NCBI GenBank assembly: GCA_947567425.1
Contig: CANOLV010000016.1
Location: 246 to 64,245, forward strand
Length of the DNA: 64,000 bases
Source of the DNA: an uncultured Porphyromonadaceae bacterium
Lineage (GTDB): Bacteria > Bacteroidota > Bacteroidia > Bacteroidales > Muribaculaceae
Direction: 5' to 3'
The position numbers were made by a program, and so were the translations under genes. Numbering within the stretch: position 1 is the stretch's first letter; every line of letters starts with the position of its first letter. Below the pieces are notes generated by a model. It searched no databases. It saw nothing but the letters and a program-made list of their open reading frames with translations, and was not told the DNA's origin. Below, piece after piece: positions 9,736 to 19,877 of this stretch.

Positions 9736-11391
9736 TTATGAATGATGCTTTTGGTACTCGTACTGGAGTGTCAGTGATGGCTGGTCGCACACTTCTGCCG
9801 GGCCGAAGTACTGGATCGGGCCTGGGTATATGAATGAAGTGTTGAGCGCCCATGAGTCGCGCATTGCGGCGAACTTCTGGAACGGTGCTCCATCGAGAGT
9901 GACGAGAGCCTTTTGTATCACGGGCTTCATCATGCCGTGGCGGCGCTCCATGTTCATCATCATCGTGATAGGTATACCGCCGCTTACCCACTGTACTGAA
10001 GGCTTGGTCAAGCCGCGTACGCTTGACATGTAGCCGGTGACTCCGGCGCGGATGAGGCATGCGGCGTTGAATCCGAGCGCATAGCAGTAGTCGGCGTCGA
10101 AGTTAGATGGGTCGGCGCAGCGTCCTTCATATCCGAAGAAGTGGAACATGCTGGCAAACTTGCCTACATAGCGTCCTTCCGACTTAAGCTGGTCGAGACG
10201 GCGTGCTACCATGTGGCCGAGAAGCTTTTCGGTCTCGATGAGCGACACCTGGACATTGCCGTGGGGGTCGCGGTCGAGGCAGAGCTGATGTGCCACGCCT
10301 TCGGGGAGGCTTGCGAATATGGCTGAATTGTCGGCGCTGAGACGGTCGATGATCCAGCTGATCTGGTTGGACTGTTCTACCTTGGCAAATTCGTCGGCAT
10401 TCTGGGCCATGAGGTCGTTAAGCTCGGCGATGAGTGCCTTCATGGCGGGGATGAACTCGATGAGGCCTTCCGGGATGAGTACGGTTCCGAAGTTCATGCC
10501 TTTGGCTGCGCGTGCGGCCACTACGTCGGCTATGTTGTTTACTATGTCGTTGAGCGTTTGCTTCTTGGCCTCTACCTCTTCTGAGATTATGCAGACGTTG
10601 GGCTGGCACTGCAGGGCGCATTCGAGTGCGATGTGGCTTGCCGAACGACCCATGAGTTTGATGAAGTGCCAGTATTTTTTAGAAGAGTTGCAGTCGCGCT
10701 GGATGTTTCCGATGACTTCGCTGTACACTTTTGTCGCGGTGTCGAAGCCGAACGATGTTTCGATGACTTCGTTCTTGAGGTCGCCGTCGATGGTCTTGGG
10801 GCATCCGATCACCTGTACTCCCGCGTTGATGGCCTTGTAATATTCGGCGAGGATAGCGGCGTTGGTGTTGGAGTCGTCGCCTCCGATTATCACGAGAGCC
10901 TTGATGTTGAGTTCTTTCAGGATTTCGAGGCCTTTGTCGAATTGGGCCTGGGTCTCCAGCTTGGTGCGTCCGGAACCGATTATGTCAAATCCTCCGGTAT
11001 TGCGGTATTCGTCGATTATGTCGGCGGTAAGTTCTTTGTACTGGTGGTCAACGAATCCGCCGGGGCCCATAAGGAAGCCGTACAGGCGGCTGTCGCGATG
11101 GATTTTCTTGATTCCGTCGAAAAGACCGCTGATCACATTGTGGCCGCCGGGGGCCTGTCCGCCCGAAAGGATTACTCCTACGTTTATCGGTTGTCCTTTT
11201 ACCGGTGAGCCGTCTTTTTCGAAATGAATTTCCGGCAGTCCGTAAGTGTTGGGGAACAATGCTTTGATTTCCTCCTGGTCAGCAACAGACTGAGTAGCTT
11301 TTCCCTCGACAGCCTTAACTGCCCCAGTAAGCACGATAGGCAACTTGGGCTGGTAAGCCGCGCGGGCTTTTTGAAGTGCACTCTTCTTCAT
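9736..11391 (-). CDS. pfp: Diphosphate--fructose-6-phosphate 1-phosphotransferase (PPi-PFK)
   Basis: 551 aa. PFK motifs [10 protein letters not shown] and MGRSASH, with the long PPi-dependent form architecture. Confidence 0.9.
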   Translation of the reverse strand: MKKSALQKARAAYQPKLPIVLTGAVKAVEGKATQSVADQEEIKALFPNTYGLPEIHFEKDGSPVKGQPINVGVILSGGQAPGGHNVISGLFDGIKKIHRDSRLYGFLMGPGGFVDHQYKELTADIIDEYRNTGGFDIIGSGRTKLETQAQFDKGLEILKELNIKALVIIGGDDSNTNAAILAEYYKAINAGVQVIGCPKTIDGDLKNEVIETSFGFDTATKVYSEVIGNIQRDCNSSKKYWHFIKLMGRSASHIALECALQCQPNVCIISEEVEAKKQTLNDIVNNIADVVAARAAKGMNFGTVLIPEGLIEFIPAMKALIAELNDLMAQNADEFAKVEQSNQISWIIDRLSADNSAIFASLPEGVAHQLCLDRDPHGNVQVSLIETEKLLGHMVARRLDQLKSEGRYVGKFASMFHFFGYEGRCADPSNFDADYCYALGFNAACLIRAGVTGYMSSVRGLTKPSVQWVSGGIPITMMMNMERRHGMMKPVIQKALVTLDGAPFQKFAAMRDSWALNTSFIYPGPIQYFGPAEVCDQPSLTLQYEYQKHHS

Positions 11392-11660
11392 CTTTTAGTA
11401 ATTATGGTTTAATATTGATTGTAGTAATTTCAGAGTGCAAATTTCGTAAAAAAATATCAATATATCAACTTATCCTATAGATAATAAAGTCATCAAATAT
11501 TAAATAGTTTATAAAAACAGGCTGTCGGGGAAGTGAAATGTGTGTATAGCTGTCTCAATTATTGTTAAAATCATGGAATATCGGATGCTTAATGGCCTTA
11601 TCGGTCGGTGTCTGTTTTTAAAATGGCTTAAAAAAGGGTCTGACTTTCGTCTAAAATCCG

Positions 11661-11668
11661 TATATTTG
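11661..11668 (+). promoter_or_regulatory. Bacteroidota -7 promoter box (TATATTTG)
   Basis: Matches the TAnnTTTG consensus, 32 nt upstream of the ATG at 11700. Confidence 0.5.
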
Positions 11669-11699
11669 CACCTCATAATTAAAAAATGAGAAGCCGTTA

Positions 11700-12734
11700 A
11701 TGTTACAGCAGATAATTTCTGAATCAAATATAAAGCAGGTGCGCAAGTTGCTTGAAGAAAGCGAACGGATAGTGATCACTTGCCACAAGTCGCCCGACGG
11801 CGATGCGATAGGTTCGTCGCTCGGACTCGCACACACGCTTTCCAATATAGGGAAGGAGGCGAAAGTGGTGACTCCTGACCGCCCGCCGCGCAATCTTCGG
11901 TGTCTGCCGGGTATAAAGGATATTGTGCCGTTTACCCAGTATCCCGACTTCGCCCATCAGCTTCTTGAGGACGCCGACCTGATATTCTGTCTTGACTTCA
12001 ACGCGCTTTACCGTGTCGACCGTATGCGCGACGAGCTGGCCGCCACCCATTGTCCCAAGATAATGGTTGACCACCATGAGGGTCCGGAGCCGTTTGCCGA
12101 CGTCATAATCTCGCATCCCGAGCAGTCGTCGACATCGGTGCTCGTGTTCAGGCTTCTTTGCAGGCTTGAACTGTTCAACAGGATCGACCGCAAGGCCGCC
12201 ACGTGCATCTACACTGGAATGATGACCGACACCGGCAATTTCACTTATAATTCCAACGACCCCGACCTCTATATAATCATCGCCGAGCTTCTCCACAAAG
12301 GAGTCAACAAGGATGAGATATATAAGAAGGTGATGAACACCAAGACGGCCGATGTGCTCAAACTGCATGCCTATGCCGTAGCCGAGAAGATGGAGCTGTT
12401 TCCCGAACTGCATACCGCGCTTATCGTGCTCCGTCAGGACGACCTGAAGCGGTATGACTATCATCCGGGCGACGATGAGGGGCTTGTCAATATGCCTCTG
12501 GGTATTGAGAACATGGTCTACTCCGTGTATCTGCGCGAGGACACGAACCAGATAAAGGTGTCGACCAGAAGCACCGGCAATTTCCGTGCCGACCTTATTT
12601 GCCAGAATTTTTATAACGGAGGCGGTCATATAAACGCGGCCGGCGGCGAATTGCCCCCGGATCTGGATGCGGCTTTGGCAGTGTTCCGCTCGACATTCCC
12701 CACGATAGAAGAGTATTTGAAAGATAAACATTAG
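11700..12734 (+). CDS. nrnA: DHH family phosphoesterase (NrnA-like oligoribonuclease/pAp phosphatase)
   Basis: 344 aa. DHH motifs HKSPDGDAIGS, DHHEG and GGGH (DHHA1). Confidence 0.85.
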   Translation: MLQQIISESNIKQVRKLLEESERIVITCHKSPDGDAIGSSLGLAHTLSNIGKEAKVVTPDRPPRNLRCLPGIKDIVPFTQYPDFAHQLLEDADLIFCLDFNALYRVDRMRDELAATHCPKIMVDHHEGPEPFADVIISHPEQSSTSVLVFRLLCRLELFNRIDRKAATCIYTGMMTDTGNFTYNSNDPDLYIIIAELLHKGVNKDEIYKKVMNTKTADVLKLHAYAVAEKMELFPELHTALIVLRQDDLKRYDYHPGDDEGLVNMPLGIENMVYSVYLREDTNQIKVSTRSTGNFRADLICQNFYNGGGHINAAGGELPPDLDAALAVFRSTFPTIEEYLKDKH

Positions 12735-12759
12735 AAAATCAATGATAATAACCCTGACA

Positions 12760-13383
12760 ATGAAAAGAATCAGAAACATAATCGCACTGTTTGCCGTTGC
12801 CGTGGCCTCCTGGACGATGGTCGGCTGCAACGATACAAAGAGCTATGCCGAGCGTCTTGCCGACGAGACCAAGTACATCAACGCCTATTTGGCTGACCAG
12901 AAAGTGGTGGGGTATGTTCCGGAGGACAGTATATTCGAGGTCGGTCCGGATGCTCCGTATTACCGTCTTGACGAGGACGGTAATGTCTACATGCAGGTGC
13001 TTAATGCCGGCGATAAGGACAATAAGGCTAAATACAACGATTTGGTGTATGTGCGCTTCACCCGCTATAATCTCGAATATTACGATTTGGCCAAATACCA
13101 GTACACCGACGAGCAGATTGAGTATGGATATGTGCCCGGCTTTCCCGAGGATCTGGGCGAGGGCAATGCCACCGATGTGACGTATAGCGAGCAGTTCCGC
13201 TATCAGAATTTCTCGTCAAGCTCCTCCTACCAATGGGGCGAGTGCATTCAGGTTCCGCTGGCTTTCCTCGGCTATGGTTGCGAAGTCAACATAGTGGTCC
13301 GTTCGGCCAACAGCCGTACTGACGAGATAGCCAATGTGATTCCATATCTGTACAAGGTGCGCTATTATAAGAGCAATATTTAG
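12760..13383 (+). CDS. Lipoprotein of unknown function (DUF4827-like)
   Basis: Signal peptide plus lipobox (ALFAVAVASWTMVGC) from the ATG at 12760. The family name is a recollection, not verified. Confidence 0.55.
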   Translation: MKRIRNIIALFAVAVASWTMVGCNDTKSYAERLADETKYINAYLADQKVVGYVPEDSIFEVGPDAPYYRLDEDGNVYMQVLNAGDKDNKAKYNDLVYVRFTRYNLEYYDLAKYQYTDEQIEYGYVPGFPEDLGEGNATDVTYSEQFRYQNFSSSSSYQWGECIQVPLAFLGYGCEVNIVVRSANSRTDEIANVIPYLYKVRYYKSNI

Positions 13384-13392
13384 AATTTCGAT

Positions 13393-13425
13393 ATGCCTTG
13401 CCGGCTCCCGGCAAGGCATTGTTTA
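13393..13425 (+). terminator. Rho-independent terminator
   Basis: Perfect 12-bp stem ATGCCTTGCCGG/CCGGCAAGGCAT with a 3-nt loop, then a T-rich tail. Confidence 0.65.
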
Positions 13426-13444
13426 CATTAAATAATATATATAC

Positions 13445-14830
13445 ATGGCGTTAATCAAGTCTATTTCAGGAATACGCGGAACTATCGGCGGAGCACCCGG
13501 CGATGGACTGAGTCCGCTTGACGTGGTGAAATTCACCGCCGCTTATGCACGGTTTATCAGTGAAAACACTACACGCACAGGTAAGACCATTGTCGTGGGC
13601 CGCGATGCCCGTCTGTCCGGTCAGATGGTGTTTGATCTGGTGGCCGGAACCCTTTGCGGAATGGGATTCGATGTCGTGAACATCGGACTCGCTACCACTC
13701 CGACCACGGAAATAGCGGTGACTATGGAGAAGGCATGTGGTGGAATCATAATCACTGCCTCGCACAATCCGAAGCAGTGGAATGCCCTTAAGCTTCTTAA
13801 CGAAGAGGGCGAATTCCTCAACGATGCACAGGGCAAGGAGGTGCTTCGTATAGCCGCATCCGACGACTTTGAATTTGCCGATGTAGACTCCCTCGGACAT
13901 GTATTCACCAATGACACCTATGGATCCAAGCATATCGAGGCCGTGCTCCGGCTCGGCCTTGTGGATGTAGAGGCGATAAAGAAGGCTGACTTTACGGTTG
14001 CTGTAGACGCGGTGAATTCGGTCGGCGGCGTGGTCATCCCGCAGCTTCTGCGTGCGCTCGGTGTCAGGAACGTCATAGAGCTTAATTGCGAGCCGACAGG
14101 CCGGTTTGCTCATACTCCCGAACCGATTCCGGAGAATCTTACACAGATATCCGACCTGATGCGCGACGGCAAGGCCGATGTCGGTTTTGTCGTGGATCCA
14201 GACGTAGACCGTCTGGCTATCGTGATGGAGAACGGTGAGATGTTTGTCGAAGAATATACGCTCGTAGCCGTGGCCGATTACGTGCTTCAGCACACGCCCG
14301 GATCTACGGTGTCCAATCTGAGTTCGTCAAGAGCTCTGCGCGATGTCACTAATGCGCATGGATGCTCTTATTCAGCTGCCGCTGTAGGTGAAGTCAACGT
14401 AGTCACCAAGATGAAGGAGACTGGCGCGGTCATCGGCGGTGAGGGCAACGGCGGTGTCATATATCCGGAGCTTCACTATGGTCGCGATGCATTGGTGGGA
14501 GTGGCATTGTTCCTGACGTTGCTCGCAAAGAGCGGAAAGAAAGTCAGTGAGCTGAAAAAGACTTATCCTGCCTACGCTATTGCCAAGAATAAGATAGAGC
14601 TGACCCCCGACATTGATGTCGATGCCATACTTGAGGCCATTAAGAAGAAGTATGCTTCGGAGACCATAACGGATATCGACGGAGTCAAGATTGATTTTGC
14701 TGATTCCTGGGTGCATCTGCGTAAGTCAAACACAGAGCCTATCATCCGTATATATTCCGAGGCCGCTACTATGGCCGAGGCCGATGCGCTTGCGCAGGAC
14801 ATAAAGGCCGTTATCGCTTCGCTGGCTTAG
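13445..14830 (+). CDS. glmM: Phosphoglucosamine mutase
   Basis: 461 aa. Phosphoserine loop TASHNP, Mg site DPDVDR and GEGNGG sugar-binding loop. Confidence 0.9.
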   Translation: MALIKSISGIRGTIGGAPGDGLSPLDVVKFTAAYARFISENTTRTGKTIVVGRDARLSGQMVFDLVAGTLCGMGFDVVNIGLATTPTTEIAVTMEKACGGIIITASHNPKQWNALKLLNEEGEFLNDAQGKEVLRIAASDDFEFADVDSLGHVFTNDTYGSKHIEAVLRLGLVDVEAIKKADFTVAVDAVNSVGGVVIPQLLRALGVRNVIELNCEPTGRFAHTPEPIPENLTQISDLMRDGKADVGFVVDPDVDRLAIVMENGEMFVEEYTLVAVADYVLQHTPGSTVSNLSSSRALRDVTNAHGCSYSAAAVGEVNVVTKMKETGAVIGGEGNGGVIYPELHYGRDALVGVALFLTLLAKSGKKVSELKKTYPAYAIAKNKIELTPDIDVDAILEAIKKKYASETITDIDGVKIDFADSWVHLRKSNTEPIIRIYSEAATMAEADALAQDIKAVIASLA

Positions 14831-14863
14831 ATTGATCGGGCGTGATTTTATGCGTAAAATATT

Positions 14864-14897
14864 AAGAGGTGCCAAGTCCGGCACCTCTTTTTTTTTG
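14864..14897 (+). terminator. Rho-independent terminator after glmM
   Basis: Stem AAGAGGTGCC/GGCACCTCTT followed by T9. Confidence 0.8.
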
Positions 14898-14935
14898 AAT
14901 GACAACACGTCTTGTCTGTCGTGAACTGATTTTGG

Positions 14936-15463
14936 CTATAAGGGGCGTTCGGTTTCCGGCTCGATGTAGAAAAGGTCGCCATGTTCGTCGTCGACTTCGA
15001 CACAGACCACCATGTGGCACGGTGTACGGTCGGTGGATCCGCCTTTCAGACTTATTCTGAGTTCATTGTCTTCAATCTCGATTTTGTAATATGGCGAGGA
15101 ATAGCAATGGTCGGTTATTGTCCATTCCGATTTATCCGATGGATTCGAATGCCAGCAATTATCATTAAGGCATCCGTAGCCTACAACGTGCGTCGACCCG
15201 AATTTCAGATTCCTGTAATTCTTGCACTTGATTTTGAAGGAACAATCAGTCAGCGGATAATATATTTTGTGCTCACGCTTGTACGGAAACATTGTCTCTG
15301 TATTCAATTCAACATCTGATTCCCAGACCATGTATATGTCGTTTTGTTCCTCATCGTCCGTGCTATCCTGGGGTTCCGGATCAGATTCACATGACGCCAT
15401 GGATAAGATTGTAATGGCGAAGAATATCCGGTATAATGTGCGGAATAATACTGTCCTCTTCAT
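14936..15463 (-). CDS. Cys-rich lipoprotein of unknown function (candidate partner of the C10 peptidase)
   Basis: 175 aa. Lipobox ILSMASC, acidic linker and 8+ Cys in the mature part. Starts 4 nt after the C10 peptidase stop. Lies in an AT-rich stretch. Confidence 0.6.
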   Translation of the reverse strand: MKRTVLFRTLYRIFFAITILSMASCESDPEPQDSTDDEEQNDIYMVWESDVELNTETMFPYKREHKIYYPLTDCSFKIKCKNYRNLKFGSTHVVGYGCLNDNCWHSNPSDKSEWTITDHCYSSPYYKIEIEDNELRISLKGGSTDRTPCHMVVCVEVDDEHGDLFYIEPETERPL

Positions 15464-15467
15464 AATT

Positions 15468-16718
15468 TTAGTTTCTTGATAGGGTTGAGAATCTAAGATT
15501 GTACTTCAATATTAAATCACGGCTTTCACCTCCGTCTGAGCTATCGGTAAAGGCGGGACCTTCTCTTAAATTAAATACGCTGCATTTGTAATAACCGTCG
15601 CACATTCCTCCCCATCCCCAATTGCAATGGAGGTAGCTTTCAAATCTATTTCCGTTTTTGTTAATTGTAATGTATCCATCAAAAACCCATCCATGTCCTA
15701 CTATTTTAGAATCATGATCGCCGAACCCATCAGAATATACGATGTCTTTTTCATAAATAGCATTCCTTACGGAGTTATAGTCGAATTCTTTTAATGAAGA
15801 AGCTTTAAGTATAGTGTTGTTTTTAACCCAGTTTAGTAGCTTTTCAGAATTAGTGCTGGTTGAAGTCTGGTTATAAGTTGCATTAACATCAATACTGATA
15901 TGGCGCACTAAATGAGCTATGCTTAAACTTGAGTTTGGGTGTTTTGATAAGTCAAGTTGTCCTTTGTTATTTACGCAATCATTTTTAATTTGTGGCCAAT
16001 TAACTGTAACATCGTATGATTCATTGGTGAAGTCATCAGTATAAGAGAATTGTATTGGAACCATATAATATGCCAAACATTGGGCAATTGCAGTTGGGCC
16101 GCATCCGACCACTTTGTTTGGCGCAAATTGATTATAAGGAGCGTTTTGACTCCATTTTGTGTATAGTAAGGAAGAGACCCTAATCGTGTCATATCTGTCC
16201 ACTCCATCCCAAGGTAGATATGGCTTTTCTACAATTTCTTTAACATAAGAAAATGTATCTAACAACCCATTTTGAATAAGTCCATATTTAGCCATATCAA
16301 TATAGCGAAGGAATGAAGGTGGCATGAGTTGTGCTGAAGATGGATTATAGTACCCATGCTTGCTATGTGCTAATACTGGACTCTTTTCGTTGCGATTAGC
16401 TATGATTATGGAAAAGCCATTGTTTTTAGCATAATTGACAACATATAATAATGTGTCATTTAACTTGTTCCTGAGATCCTCGGCGCGAGATCGTGTGTTA
16501 ATGTCATTAGTAATTACAAAGACATCACTAATTTCTGTTTCGCTTCTGGATTTTGAACTGTTGATAGAAAAATTAGAAGCAATTCTTATTGCTTCTTCTT
16601 CGGAAATAATGGAAGAAGAATTTTCTTGAATTGTTGAATCCAAATACAGGTCAGGAGATAGTTCGGAGCATGCAAATAGTATAAAGCAGGTCAAAATGGC
16701 GGAGAGTAAATTTTTCAT
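15468..16718 (-). CDS. C10 family (streptopain/SpeB-like) cysteine peptidase with N-terminal Spi-type prodomain
   Basis: 416 aa. Lipobox FILFACS and prodomain pattern (LLYVVNYAKNNGFSIIIANRNEKSPVLAHS). Catalytic Cys block GCGPTAIAQCLAYY, His block GHGWVFDGY and HCNWGWGG. Confidence 0.85.
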   Translation of the reverse strand: MKNLLSAILTCFILFACSELSPDLYLDSTIQENSSSIISEEEAIRIASNFSINSSKSRSETEISDVFVITNDINTRSRAEDLRNKLNDTLLYVVNYAKNNGFSIIIANRNEKSPVLAHSKHGYYNPSSAQLMPPSFLRYIDMAKYGLIQNGLLDTFSYVKEIVEKPYLPWDGVDRYDTIRVSSLLYTKWSQNAPYNQFAPNKVVGCGPTAIAQCLAYYMVPIQFSYTDDFTNESYDVTVNWPQIKNDCVNNKGQLDLSKHPNSSLSIAHLVRHISIDVNATYNQTSTSTNSEKLLNWVKNNTILKASSLKEFDYNSVRNAIYEKDIVYSDGFGDHDSKIVGHGWVFDGYITINKNGNRFESYLHCNWGWGGMCDGYYKCSVFNLREGPAFTDSSDGGESRDLILKYNLRFSTLSRN

Positions 16719-16744
16719 AAGGTTAAGTTTTTAGTTAATATGTG

Positions 16745-16752
16745 CAAATGTA
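16745..16752 (-). promoter_or_regulatory. -7 promoter box (TACATTTG) for the C10 peptidase operon
   Basis: Minus strand reads TACATTTG, 27-34 nt upstream of the ATG at 16718. Confidence 0.45.
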
Positions 16753-16887
16753 GTTTTAATTTGTGTGTTATGCAAGTCTTTGGGTAAAAAATGTTATGTT
16801 TGGTGTGTTTTAAAGTTGTATTTTTTTGTAACGTCAACTTTTTTGAGGCGAACAGGAGGTAGCAGTTATTCAATAGGAGGCGGATTT

Positions 16888-16918
16888 AGAGCGTGAAGTC
16901 AAAATGACTTCACGCTCT
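16888..16918. terminator. Strong hairpin after the DUF362 gene / boundary of the AT-rich islet
   Basis: Perfect 13-bp stem AGAGCGTGAAGTC/GACTTCACGCTCT with a 5-nt loop. No clear U-tract. Confidence 0.45.
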
Positions 16919-16925
16919 TATAAGA

Positions 16926-17870
16926 TTAATCGATTGACTTAAGGATGTATTTCTTTGATCCGAGACCGATTTTTTCGGCATAGTCTACAGTGTGGTTGCC
17001 GTGGCGGCTTTCTATGCGTTCGATAAGCGGCCGGTTGTCGTTTCCGTCTGTAGGCTTTACTCCGTAGACCAGCTCAAGACAGGCTTGATCAAGTGCCACC
17101 GGATCGGTCGATGCCAGGATGCCGATATCTTTCATCTCCGGATCGGCAGGATGCGCATCGCAGTCGCAATCGATTGATATGTTGTTCATCACATTTATAT
17201 ACAGGATCTTTTCGCCGAAGTGGTCGGCTACGCTCTGTGCCGCGGCGGCCATTGATTCGAGAAATCCGTCCTGATTGTCGATATGGTTCCATACCTCATT
17301 GACATCTTCCGTCACTCCGGCACTGTGTATGTAGGCCTTGCCGGCGGCTGACGCTATGCCGATCGACTGGTTTTTTATGACGCCTCCCATTCCGGCCATC
17401 TGGTGGCCCTTGAAGTGCGCCAGGTTTATCAGGAAGTCGTAGTTGTCGAGATGCGAGCCTACGAGATTATATTTAATGTGGGTAGTGTCCTTGACCGGGA
17501 GCTTCAAGCTTCCGTCGGCGTCCATTATGTCGACGGGGGCTATGTCTGAAAATCCATGTTCCTTGATTACCTTCCAGTGCTCTTCTGTGGTATTTCGGCG
17601 GCCTTCGTATGCTGTGTTGCATTCGACTATGGTTCCGTTCACCTTGTCCACGAGGTCCTTGATTAATTCCGGTTTAAGGTAGTTGTGGCCTCCTGCTTCG
17701 CCGGTGCTTATTTTCACGGCTACTTTACCGCTTGCCTCCCTTCCTGTCGCTTCATAGATTTTAACGAGGGCTTCGGGTGAGATGTCGGTGGTCATAAACA
17801 CTGTCGGTTGCCCGGAAGCACATGCCACGGATGCCGCGAGCATAGATGCCGATAATATCTGTCGTACCAT
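16926..17870 (-). CDS. DUF362 domain-containing protein
   Basis: 314 aa. Resembles DUF362 proteins (KISTGEAGGHNYL.., CDCDAHP). N-terminal hydrophobic signal-like segment. Confidence 0.7.
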   Translation of the reverse strand: MVRQILSASMLAASVACASGQPTVFMTTDISPEALVKIYEATGREASGKVAVKISTGEAGGHNYLKPELIKDLVDKVNGTIVECNTAYEGRRNTTEEHWKVIKEHGFSDIAPVDIMDADGSLKLPVKDTTHIKYNLVGSHLDNYDFLINLAHFKGHQMAGMGGVIKNQSIGIASAAGKAYIHSAGVTEDVNEVWNHIDNQDGFLESMAAAAQSVADHFGEKILYINVMNNISIDCDCDAHPADPEMKDIGILASTDPVALDQACLELVYGVKPTDGNDNRPLIERIESRHGNHTVDYAEKIGLGSKKYILKSID

Positions 17871-18131
17871 AATGTATGATATAAGTTATATTGGTTGTGA
17901 TGTCGGTATGTATGGGCGGAGCCTGCCGGATGCCAATTTGTCAGTATGGCATGTCATGTCCCGTCTGTCAGATGCAAAGATAGTGATAAAAGCCGGCGCT
18001 TATCTACCCCGATTGCGGTATTTATACCCATTTTTACATTTTTAATGTCAAATTCACTTAAAACATCGGGAGTCATTATTAAAATCCTTTAAGTATAGAT
18101 TTTTTAATACTTGGGAATTAAATTATTGCAT

Positions 18132-18139
18132 TACTTTTG
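18132..18139 (+). promoter_or_regulatory. -7 promoter box (TACTTTTG)
   Basis: TAnnTTTG match about 68 nt upstream of the htrA ATG. Confidence 0.4.
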
Positions 18140-18206
18140 CGTCATAATTGATAGTTAAAATTTAACAGTCAGAAATTTGAAATTTAACAACCAATCTTCA
18201 TAGAAT

Positions 18207-19763
18207 ATGAATTTATACAGCAAAATTGCATTATTGACTTGCGGAGTGGCTATAGCCAGTTCTGCCGTTACGGTAGTAGGATTAAACACGTTGTCCGACG
18301 AGGAATATGGCCACGAGCCTTATGTGGAGGTGGTTCAGCGTCCTTCGGCTGAAGGTGCGCTATATACCGTAGCAAATACGGTGACTCCTCCTACCGACTT
18401 TACCCATGCCGCCGAGAGCACGATCAACGGCGTGGTAAGTATAAAGAACTATGTGTCGTCGCGCGGCTACCGCAATGGTGGCGGCGGTAATCGCGGCGGA
18501 GGCTATATCGACCCGTTTGAGTTTTTCTTCGGCTCTCCGTTCGGCGGATCGAGCCCGCGCCAGCAGTCGCCCCGCCAGGACGACGGACAGAAGAACGAAC
18601 AGCAGCAGGGCCTCGGTTCGGGCGTGATCATCAGCCAGGACGGCTATATCGTCACCAATAATCATGTGATCGACGGTGCCGACCGTCTGGAAGTGACGTT
18701 GAACGACAACCGCATTTTCAATGCCAAGGTCGTTGGTACAGACCCTTCTACCGACGTGGCTCTGCTTAAAATTGAGGCAGAGGGGCTTCCCGTCATTCCG
18801 ATCGGCGACAGCGACGCTCTCCGTGTGGGTGAGTGGGTTCTTGCCGTGGGCAATCCGTTCGGATTCACGTCGACCGTGACCACCGGCATCGTGAGCGCTA
18901 AGGCACGCAGCGTAGGCGGCGCGGCGCAGGGTCGCTCTATGGGCATCGAGAGCTATATTCAGACCGATGCCGCCGTCAATCCCGGCAATTCGGGCGGTGC
19001 GCTTGTGAATATCAACGGCGAACTCGTCGGAATCAACACTGCCATTTATTCTCAGACCGGCAACTATGTAGGCTATTCTTTCGCAGTGCCTACGTCGATC
19101 GTGACCAAGGTGGTGACCGACATAAAGCAGTATGGAGCAGTGCAGCGCGCCATTCTGGGTGTGTCGTTCCGCGAACTCACTCCGCAGCTTGCCAAAGAGA
19201 AGGGTATAACCGCTGTCAACGACGGTATTCTTGTCGAGGAGGTGGTCGACCGCAGTGCCGCCATGGAAGGCGGAATTGAGAAGGGCGATGTCATAATAGC
19301 CATCAACGATGCCCCCACCCACAGCACGGCTCATCTTCAGGGTGAAATCAGCAAATATCGCCCCGGCGATAAGATTAAGGTGAAGTATGTGCGCAACAAT
19401 GAGATCAAGTCCACTTCGCTCACGCTGCGCAATAATCAGGGCGACACCAAGGTGACCAAAGCCGAAGACTTTACCTCGCTCGGTTGCGCGTTCAAGAAGC
19501 TCTCCGACGAGCAGCTCCGCGAATACCGTATATCCGGAGGCATACAGGTGGTAGGTCTGAAGGCCGGTAAGTTCAAGGACGCCGGCATTAAGGAAGGATT
19601 CATCATCCTTGATATCAACAATGCCCGTGTGCGTTCGCAGGACGATGTCGAAAAGATATATGACGCCATAATGAAAGGCTCTGATGCCGATAAGGTTATG
19701 TTCATAACAGGTATCTATCCTACCGGACGTAAGGTGTACTATGCAGTCGATCTGAGCGATTGA
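18207..19763 (+). CDS. htrA: Do/HtrA family serine endopeptidase with two PDZ domains
   Basis: 518 aa. Catalytic His (TNNHVIDGA), Asp (DVALLK) and Ser (GNSGGAL), followed by two PDZ-like regions. Confidence 0.9.
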   Translation: MNLYSKIALLTCGVAIASSAVTVVGLNTLSDEEYGHEPYVEVVQRPSAEGALYTVANTVTPPTDFTHAAESTINGVVSIKNYVSSRGYRNGGGGNRGGGYIDPFEFFFGSPFGGSSPRQQSPRQDDGQKNEQQQGLGSGVIISQDGYIVTNNHVIDGADRLEVTLNDNRIFNAKVVGTDPSTDVALLKIEAEGLPVIPIGDSDALRVGEWVLAVGNPFGFTSTVTTGIVSAKARSVGGAAQGRSMGIESYIQTDAAVNPGNSGGALVNINGELVGINTAIYSQTGNYVGYSFAVPTSIVTKVVTDIKQYGAVQRAILGVSFRELTPQLAKEKGITAVNDGILVEEVVDRSAAMEGGIEKGDVIIAINDAPTHSTAHLQGEISKYRPGDKIKVKYVRNNEIKSTSLTLRNNQGDTKVTKAEDFTSLGCAFKKLSDEQLREYRISGGIQVVGLKAGKFKDAGIKEGFIILDINNARVRSQDDVEKIYDAIMKGSDADKVMFITGIYPTGRKVYYAVDLSD

Positions 19764-19800
19764 TCCGAAGCAGATTCTTTACAATTCTTCTAAATAGCGA

Positions 19801-19830
19801 GGAGGCAGATTCAATCGGGAATCTGCCTCC
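19801..19830. terminator. Bidirectional terminator between htrA and ettA
   Basis: 11-bp stem GGAGGCAGATT/AATCTGCCTCC between convergent genes. Confidence 0.6.
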
Positions 19831-19877
19831 TTATTATTATCCTGGTATTCTGCTCCGGCAAGGGGCCGGAAGGGGTT

